Assembly (NCBI GenBank): GCA_964016885.1
Contig: OZ024750.1
Span: 38,936,001 to 39,000,000, forward strand
Direction: 5' to 3'
Length of the DNA stretch: 64,000 nucleotides
Source of the DNA: Eledone cirrhosa
Lineage: Eukaryota
Part shown: positions 55,801-64,000 of the stretch, piece by piece
Position numbering within the stretch: position 1 is the stretch's first letter
Layout: every line of letters starts with the position of its first letter
Position numbers and translations under genes: made by a program
Notes under the pieces: generated by a model
What the model was told of the DNA's origin: nothing
Seen by the model: only the letters and a program-made list of their open reading frames with translations
Database searches by the model: none

Positions 55801-58800
55801 CCTGGGTATATCTACGGTGACAGTGCTTCTTGTTAACTATTACCTGGGTACCTCTACGATGACAGTGCTTCTTGTTAACTATTACCTGGGTACCTCTACG
55901 GTGACAGTGCTTCTTGTTAACTATTACCTGGGTACCTCTACGGTGACAGTGGTTCTTGTTAACTATTACCTGGGTACCTCTACGATGACTGCTTCTTGTT
56001 AACTATTACCTGGGTACCTCTACGGTGACAGTGGTTCTTGTTAACTATTACCTGGGTACCTCTACGGTGACAGTGGTTCTTGTTAACTATTACCTGGGTA
56101 CCTCTACGATGACTGCTTCTTGTTAACTATTACCTGGGTACCTCTACGGTGACAGTGGTTCTTGTTAACTATTACCTGGGTACCTCTACGATGACTGCTT
56201 CTTGTTAACTATTACCTGGGTACCTCTACGATGACTGCTTCTTGTGAACTATTACCTGGGTACCTCTACGGTGACAGTGGTTCTTGTTAACTATTACCTG
56301 GGTACCTCTACGATGACTGCTTCTTGTTAACTATTACCTGGGTACCTCTACGGTGACAGTGGTTCTTGTTAACTATTACCTGGGTACCTCTACGGTGACA
56401 GTGGTTCTTGTTAACTATTACCTGGGTACCTCTACGATGACTGCTTCTTGTTAACTATTACCTGGGTACCTCTACGGTGACAGTGGTACTTGTTAACTAT
56501 TACCTGGGTACCTCTACGATGACTGCTTCTTGTTAACTATTACCTGGGTACCTCTACGGTGACAGTGGTTCTTGTTAACTATTACCTGGGTACCTATACG
56601 GTGACAGTGGTTCTTGTTAACTATTACCTGGGTACCTCTACGATGACTGCTTCTTGTTAACTATTACCTGGGTACCTCTACGGTGACAGTGGTTCTTGTT
56701 AACTATTACCTGGGTACCTCTACGATGACTGCTTCTTGTTAACTATTACCTGGATACCTCTACGGTGACAGTGCTTCTTGTAAACTATTACCTGGGTACC
56801 TCTACGGTGACAGTGGTTCTTGTTAACTATTACCTGGGTACCTCTACGGTGACAGTGCTTCTTGTTAACTATTACCTGGGTACCTCTACGGTGACAGTGG
56901 TTCTTGTTAACTATTACCTGGATACCTCTACGGTGACAGTGGTTCTTGTTAACTATTACCTGGGTACCTCTACGGTGACAGTGGTTCTTGTTAACTATTA
57001 CCTGGGTACCTCTACGGTGACAGTTCTTCTTGTTTACTATTACCTGGGTACCTCTACGGTGACAGTGCTTCTTGTTAACTATTACCAGGGTACCTCTACG
57101 GTGACAGCGGTTCTTGTTAACTATTACCTGGGTACCTCTACGATGACAGTGCTTCTTGTTAACTATTACCTGGGTACCTCTACGGAGACAATGGTTCTTG
57201 TTAACTATTACCTGGGTACCTCTACGGTGACAGTGGTTCTTGTTAACTATTACCTGGGTACCTCTATGGTGACAGTGGTTCTTGTTAACTATTACCTGGG
57301 TACCTCTACGGTGACAGTGGTTCTTGTTAACTATTACCTGGGTACCTCTACGGTGACAGTGCTTCTTGTTAACTATTACCTGGGTACCTCTACGGTGACA
57401 GTGCTTCTTGTTAACTATGACCTGGGTACCTCTACACTGACAGTTCTTCTTGTTAACTATTACCTGGGTACCTCTACGGTGACAGTGCTTCTTGTTAACT
57501 ATTACCTGGGTACCTCTACGGTGACAGTTCTTCTTGTTAACTATTACCTGGGTACTTCTACGGTGACAGTGCTTCTTGTTAACTATTACCTGGGTACCTC
57601 TAGGGTGACAGTTCTTCTTGTTAACTATTACCTGGGTACCTCTACGGTGACAGTGCTTCTTGTTAACTGTTACCTGGGTACCTCTACGGTGACAGTGGTT
57701 CTTATTAACTATTACCTGGGTACCTCTACGGTGACAGTGGTTCTTGTTAACTATTACCTGGGTACCTCTACGGTGACAGTGGTTCTTGTTAACTATGACC
57801 TGGGTACCTCTACACTGACAGTGGTTCTTGTTAACTATTACCTGGGTACCTCTACGGTGACAGTGGTTCTTGTGAACTATTACCTGGGTACCTCTACGGT
57901 GACAGTGGTTCTTGTGAACTATTACCTGGGTACCTCTACGGTGACAGTGGTTCTTGTTAACTATTACCTGGGTACCTCTACGGTAACAGTGGTTCTTGTT
58001 AACTATTACCTGGGTACCTCTACGGTGACAGTGGTTCTTGTTAACTATTACCTGGGTACCTCTACGGTGACAGTGGTTCTTGTTAACTATTACCTGGGTA
58101 CCTCTACACTGACATTGGTTCTTGTGAACTATTACCTGGGTACCTCTACGGTGACAGTGGTTCTTGTGAACTATTACCTGGGTACCTCTACGGTGACAGT
58201 GGTTCTTGTTAACTATGACCTGGGTACCTCTACACTGACAGTGGTTCTTGTTAACTATTACCTGGGTACCTCTACGGTGACAGTGGTTCTTGTTAACTAT
58301 TACCTGGGTACCTCTACGGTGACAGTGGTTCTTGTTAACTATGACCTGGGTACCTCTACACTGACAGTGGTTCTTGTTAACTATTACCTGGGTACCTCTA
58401 CGGTGACAGTGCTTCTTGTTAACTATTACCTGGGTACCTCTACGGTGACAGTGCTTCTTGTTAACTATTACCTGGGTACCTCTACGGTGACAGTGGTTCT
58501 TGTGAACTATTACCTGGGTACCTCTACGGTGACAGTGGTTCTTGTGAACTATTACCTGGGTACCTCTACGGTGACAGTGGTTCTTGTTAACTATTACCTG
58601 GGTACCTCTACACTGACAGTGGTTCTTGTTAACTATTACCTGGGTACCTCTACGGTGACAGTGGTTCTTGTTAACTATTACCTGGGTACCTCTACGGTGA
58701 CAGTGGTTATTGTTAACTATCACCTGGGTACCTCTACGGTGACAGTGGTTCTTGTTAACTATTACCTGGGTACCTCTACGGTGACAGTGGTTCTTGTTAA

Positions 58801-59900
58801 CTATTACCTGGGTACCTCTACGGTGACAGTGCTTCTTGTTAACTATTACCTGGGTACCTCTACGGTGACAGTGGTTCTTGTTAACTATCACCTGGGTACC
58901 TCTACGGTGACAGTGGTTCTTGTTAACTATTACCTGGGTACCTCTACGATGACTGCTTCTTGCTACCTTTAACCCTTGTTAACTATTACCGGGGTACCTC
59001 TACGGTGACAGTGGTTCTTGTTAACTATTACCTGGGTACCTCTACAGTGACAGGTTCTTGTTAACTATTACCTGGGTACCTCTACGATGACTGCTTCTTG
59101 TTAACTATTACCTGGGTACCTCTACGGTGACAGTGGTACTTGTTAACTATCACCTGGGTACCTCTACGGTGACAGTGGTTCTTGTTAACTATTACCTGGG
59201 TACCTCTACGGTGACAGTGGTTCTTGTTAACTATTACCTGGGTACCTCTACGATGACTGCTTCTTGTTAACTATTACCTGGGTACCTCTACGATGACAGT
59301 GCTTCTTGTTAACTATTACCTGGGTACCTCTACGGTGACAGTGCTTCTTGTTAACTATTACCTGGGTACCTCTACGGTGACAGTGGTTCTTGTTAACTAT
59401 TACCTGGGTACCTCTACGGTGACAGTGGTTCTTGTTAACTATTACCTGGGTACCTCTACGGTGACAGTGGTTCTTGTTAACTATTACCTGGGTACCTCTA
59501 CGGTGACAGTGCTTCTTGTTAACTATTACCTGGGTACCTCTATGGTGACAGTGGTTCTTGTTAACTATTACCTGGGTACCTCTACGGTGACAGTGGTTCT
59601 TGTTAACTATTACCTGGGTACCTCTACGGTGACAGTGGTTCTTGTTAACTATTACCTGGGTACCTCTACGGTGACAGTGGTTCTTGTTAACTATTACCTG
59701 GGTATCTCTACGGTGACAGTGCTTCTTGTTAACTATTACCTGGGTACCTCTATGGTGACAGTGGTTCTTGTTAACTATTACCTGGGTACCTCTACGGTGA
59801 CAGTGGTTCTTGTTAACTATTACCTGGGTACCTCTACGGTGACAGTGGTTCTTGTTAACTATCACCTGGGTACCTCTACGGTGACAGTGGTTCTTGTTAA
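43900..59900. repeat. Higher-order block of ~5.5-6.6 kb present in about 2.5 diverged copies
   Basis: Insertion copies at 46820, 53433 and 58963. ORF pairs 47105/53718 and 47862/54475 (offset 6613) and 49343/55748 (offset 6405). Shared GTGGCTC, CCTGCGT, TCTTCGG, ACAGCGC and GACATTGG variants. Contains an internal 966-bp (23-monomer) duplication at ~51.1-53.0 kb (GACATTGG at 51785 and 52751). Confidence 0.8.
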
Positions 59901-62410
59901 CTATTACCTGGGTACCTCTACGGTGACAGTGGTTCTTGTTAACTATTACCTGGGTACCTCTACGATGACTGCTTCTTGTTAACTATTACCTGGGTACCTC
60001 TACGATGACAGTGCTTCTTGTTAACTATTACCTGGGTACCTCTACGGTGACAGTGCTTCTTGTTAACTATTACCTGGGTACCTCTACGGTGACAGTGGTT
60101 CTTGTTAACTATTACCTGCGTACCTCTACGGTGACAGTGGTTCTTGTTAACTATTACCTGGGTACCTCTACGGTGACAGTGGTTCTTGTTAACTATTACC
60201 TGGGTACCTCTACGGTGACAGTGCTTCTTGTTAACTATTACCTGGGTACCTCTATGGTGACAGTGGTTCTTGTTAACTATTACCTGGGTACCTCTACGGT
60301 GACAGTGCTTCTTGTTAACTATTACCTGGGTACCTCTATGGTGACAGTGGTTCTTGTTAACTATTACCTGGGTACCTCTACGGTGACAGTGCTTCTTGTT
60401 AACTATTACCTGGGTACCTCTATGGTGACAGTGGTTCTTGTTAACTATTACCTGGGTACCTCTACGGTGACAGTGGTTCTTGTTAACCATTACCTGGGTA
60501 CCTCTACGGTGACAGTGGTTCTTGTTAACTATTACCTGGGTACCTCTACGTCGACAGTGGTTCTTGTTAACTATTACCTGGGTACCTCTATGGTGACAGT
60601 GGTTCTTGTTAACTATTACCTGGGTACCTCTACGGTGACAGTGGTTCTTGTTAACTATCACCTGGGTACCTCTACGGTGACAGTGGTTCTTGTTAACTAT
60701 TACCTGGGTACCTCTACGATGACTGCTTCTTGCTACCTTTAACCCTTGTTAACTATTACCGGGGTACCTCTACGGTGACAGTGGTTCTTGTTAACTATTA
60801 CCTGGGTACCTCTACAGTGACAGGTTCTTGTTAACTATTACCTGGGTACCTCTACGATGACTGCTTCTTGTTAACTATTACCTGGGTACCTCTACGGTGA
60901 CAGTGGTACTTGTTAACTATCACCTGGGTACCTCTACGGTGACAGTGGTTCTTGTTAACTATTACCTGGGTACCTCTACGGTGACAGTGGTTCTTGTTAA
61001 CTATTACCTGGGTACCTCTACGATGACTGCTTCTTGTTAACTATTACCTGGGTACCTCTACGATGACAGTGCTTCTTGTTAACTATTACCTGGGTACCTC
61101 TACGGTGACAGTGCTTCTTGTTAACTATTACCTGGGTACCTCTACGGTGACAGTGGTTCTTGTTAACTATTACCTGGGTACCTCTACGGTGACAGTGGTT
61201 CTTGTTAACTATTACCTGGGTACCTCTACGGTGACAGTGGTTCTTGTTAACTATTACCTGGGTACCTCTACGGTGACAGTGCTTCTTGTTAACTATTACC
61301 TGGGTACCTCTATGGTGACAGTGGTTCTTGTTAACTATTACCTGGGTACCTCTACGGTGACAGTGGTTCTTGTTAACTATTACCTGGGTACCTCTACGGT
61401 GACAGTGGTTCTTGTTAACTATTACCTGGGTACCTCTACGGTGACAGTGGTTCTTGTTAACTATTACCTGGGTATCTCTACGGTGACAGTGCTTCTTGTT
61501 AACTATTACCTGGGTACCTCTATGGTGACAGTGGTTCTTGTTAACTATTACCTGGGTACCTCTACGGTGACAGTGGCTCTTGTTAACTATTACCTGGGTA
61601 CCTCTACGGTGACAGTGGTTCTTGTTAACTATCACCTGGGTACCTCTACGGTGACAGTGGTTCTTGTTAACTATTACCTGGGTACCTCTACGGTGACAGT
61701 GGTTCTTGTTAACTATTACCTGGGTACCTCTACGATGACTGCTTCTTGTTAACTATTACCTGGGTACCTCTACGATGACAGTGCTTCTTGTTAACTATTA
61801 CCTGGGTACCTCTACGGTGACAGTGCTTCTTGTTAACTATTACCTGGGTACCTCTACGGTGACAGTGGTTCTTGTTAACTATTACCTGCGTACCTCTACG
61901 GTGACAGTGGTTCTTGTTAACTATTACCTGGGTACCTCTACGGTGACAGTGGTTCTTGTTAACTATTACCTGGGTACCTCTACGGTGACAGTGCTTCTTG
62001 TTAACTATTACCTGGGTACCTCTATGGTGACAGTGGTTCTTGTTAACTATTACCTGGGTACCTCTACGGTGACAGTGCTTCTTGTTAACTATTACCTGGG
62101 TACCTCTATGGTGACAGTGGTTCTTGTTAACTATTACCTGGGTACCTCTACGGTGACAGTGCTTCTTGTTAACTATTACCTGGGTACCTCTATGGTGACA
62201 GTGGTTCTTGTTAACTATTACCTGGGTACCTCTACGGTGACAGTGGTTCTTGTTAACTATTACCTGGGTACCTCTACGGTGACAGTGGTTCTTGTTAACT
62301 ATTACCTGGGTACCTCTACGTCGACAGTGGTTCTTGTTAACTATTACCTGGGTACCTCTATGGTGACAGTGGTTCTTGTTAACTATTACCTGGGTACCTC
62401 TACGGTGACA
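58870..62410. repeat. Near-identical tandem duplication, 1770-bp offset (42 monomers +16 -10 bp)
   Basis: Insertion at 58963/60733; GGTATCTC at 59701/61471; CCTGCGT at ~60115/61885; GTCGAC at 60550/62320. Confidence 0.92.
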
Positions 62411-64000
62411 GTGGTTCTTGTTAACTATTACCTGGGTACCTCTACGGTGACAGTGGTTCTTGTTAACTATTACCTGGGTACCTCTACGGTGACAGTGGTT
62501 CTTGTTAACTATTACCTGGGTACCTCTACGGTGACAGTTCTTCTTGTTAACTATTACCTGTGTACCTCTACGGTGACAGTGCTTCTTGTTAACTATTACC
62601 TGGGTACCTCTACGGTGACAGTGGTTCTTGTTAACTATTACCTGGGTACCTCTACGATGACAGTGCTTCTTGTTAACTATTACCTGGGTACCTCTACGGA
62701 GACAATGGTTCTTGTTAACTATTACCTGGGTACCTCTACGGTGACAGTGGTTCTTGTTAACTATTACCTGGGTACCTCTATGGTGACAGTGGTTCTTGTT
62801 AACTATTACCTGGGTACCTCTACGGTGACAGTGGTTCTTGTTAACTATTACCTGGGTACCTCTACGGTGACAGTGCTTCTTGTTAACTATTACCTGGGTA
62901 CCTCTACGGTGACAGTGCTTCTTGTTAACTATGACCTGGGTACCTCTACACTGACAGTTCTTCTTGTTAACTATTACCTGGGTACCTCTACGGTGACAGT
63001 GCTTCTTGTTAACTATTACCTGGGTACCTCTACGGTGACAGTTCTTCTTGTTAACTATTACCTGGGTACCTCTACGGTGACAGTGCTTCTTGTTAACTAT
63101 TTCCTGGGTACCTCTACGGTGACAGTTCTTCTTGTTAACTATTACCTGGGTACCTCTACGGTGACAGTGCTTCTTGTTAACTGTTACCTGGGTACCTCTA
63201 CGGTGACAGTGGTTCTTATTAACTATTACCTGGGTACCTCTACGGTGACAGTGGTTCTTGTTAACTATTACCTGGGTACCTCTACGGTGACAGTGGTTCT
63301 TGTTAACTATGACCTGGGTACCTCTACACTGACAGTGGTTCTTGTTAACTATTACCTGGGTACCTCTACGGTGACAGTGGTTCTTGTGAACTATTACCTG
63401 GGTACCTCTACGGTGACAGTGGTTCTTGTGAACTATTACCTGGGTACCTCTACGGTGACAGTGGTTCTTGTTAACTATTACCTGGGTACCTCTACGATGA
63501 CTGCTTCTTGTTAACTATTACCTGGGTACCTCTACGATGACAGTGCTTCTTGTTAACTATTACCTGGGTACCTCTACGGTGACAGTGCTTCTTGTTAACT
63601 ATTACCTGGGTACCTCTACGGTGACAGTGGTTCTTGTTAACTATTACCTGGGTACCTCTACGGTGACAGTGGTTCTTGTTAACTATTACCTGGGTACCTC
63701 TACGGTGACAGTGGTTCTTGTTAACTATTACCTGGGTACCTCTACGGTGACAGTGCTTCTTGTTAACTATTACCTGGGTACCTCTATGGTGACAGTGGTT
63801 CTTGTTAACTATTACCTGGGTACCTCTACGGTGACAGTGGTTCTTGTTGACTATGACCTGGGTATCTCTACACTGACAGTGGTTCTTGTTAACTATTACC
63901 TGGGTACCTCTACGGTGACAGTGCTTCTTGTTAACTATTACCTGGGTACCTCTACGGTGACAGTGCTTCTTGTTAACTATTACCTGGGTACCTCTACGGT

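Larger units (their letters stand above)
1..64000. repeat. Head-to-tail tandem array (satellite DNA) of a 42-bp monomer, ~1,520 copies, extending beyond both window ends
   Basis: Bases 1-42 (CCTCTACGGTGACAGTGCTTCTTGTTAACTATTACCTGGGTA) recur continuously to base 64000. Most copies differ by only 0-3 substitutions. No unique sequence longer than 12 bp and no inversion seen. Each consensus monomer has one GGTACC (KpnI), one GTTAAC (HpaI), one CCTGG and one CpG. Confidence 0.99.
18401..64000. repeat. Array sub-domain B
   Basis: Variants TCTATGG (from ~18466), GGAGACAATGG (from ~18807), AGTTCTT, TACACTG, GTGAAC (from 20125), TATCAC, many 40-bp ACGATGACTGC monomers and the 16-bp insertion. TCTGCGGTGAAAG is not seen. 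Confidence 0.85.

Noticed and set aside
56720-58891. Minus-strand ORFs of (HCHRRGTQVIVNKN)n, resembling a basic His/Cys metal-binding repeat
   Set aside because: Same artefact. Starts come from sporadic TATCAC or CAT variants. CCTAGG, GTTCTAG, CTTCTAAAC and TCAAC variants create stops in this frame, and 40-bp monomers shift it.
1-64000. CRISPR array or other repeat-spacer system
   Set aside because: Repeats abut directly with no unique spacers, leader or cas genes. The only insert is the same sequence in every copy apart from one substitution.
1-64000. Synthetic concatemer or rolling-circle artefact, suggested by KpnI and HpaI sites in each unit
   Set aside because: Hierarchically shared variants, linked haplotypes and nested duplications indicate an evolved array rather than random errors on a single template.

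Overview
The whole 64 kb window is one uninterrupted, single-orientation tandem array (satellite/minisatellite DNA) of a 42-bp monomer, consensus CCTCTACGGTGACAGTG(G/C)TTCTTGTTAACTATTACCTGGGTA (19/42 GC; T-rich + strand), about 1,520 copies, running off both ends. I see no supportable gene, RNA gene, transposon or CRISPR array. The long ORFs arise because a 14-codon monomer is stop-free in one frame per strand, and both frames are broken by stops and frameshifts. The information lies in the variant pattern. There are two sub-domains with different diagnostic variants (switch near 18.4 kb), and that junction recurs about 22.3 kb downstream. A multi-monomer cassette carrying a 16-bp insertion occurs 12 times. 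Nested segmental duplications range from 0.34 to 6.6 kb, and three clusters are rich in 40-bp monomers. One common double substitution perfects an internal palindrome. Organism and satellite family cannot be identified from the sequence alone. A long-read eukaryotic assembly is the most plausible source (inference). Block boundaries were read by eye and are approximate.
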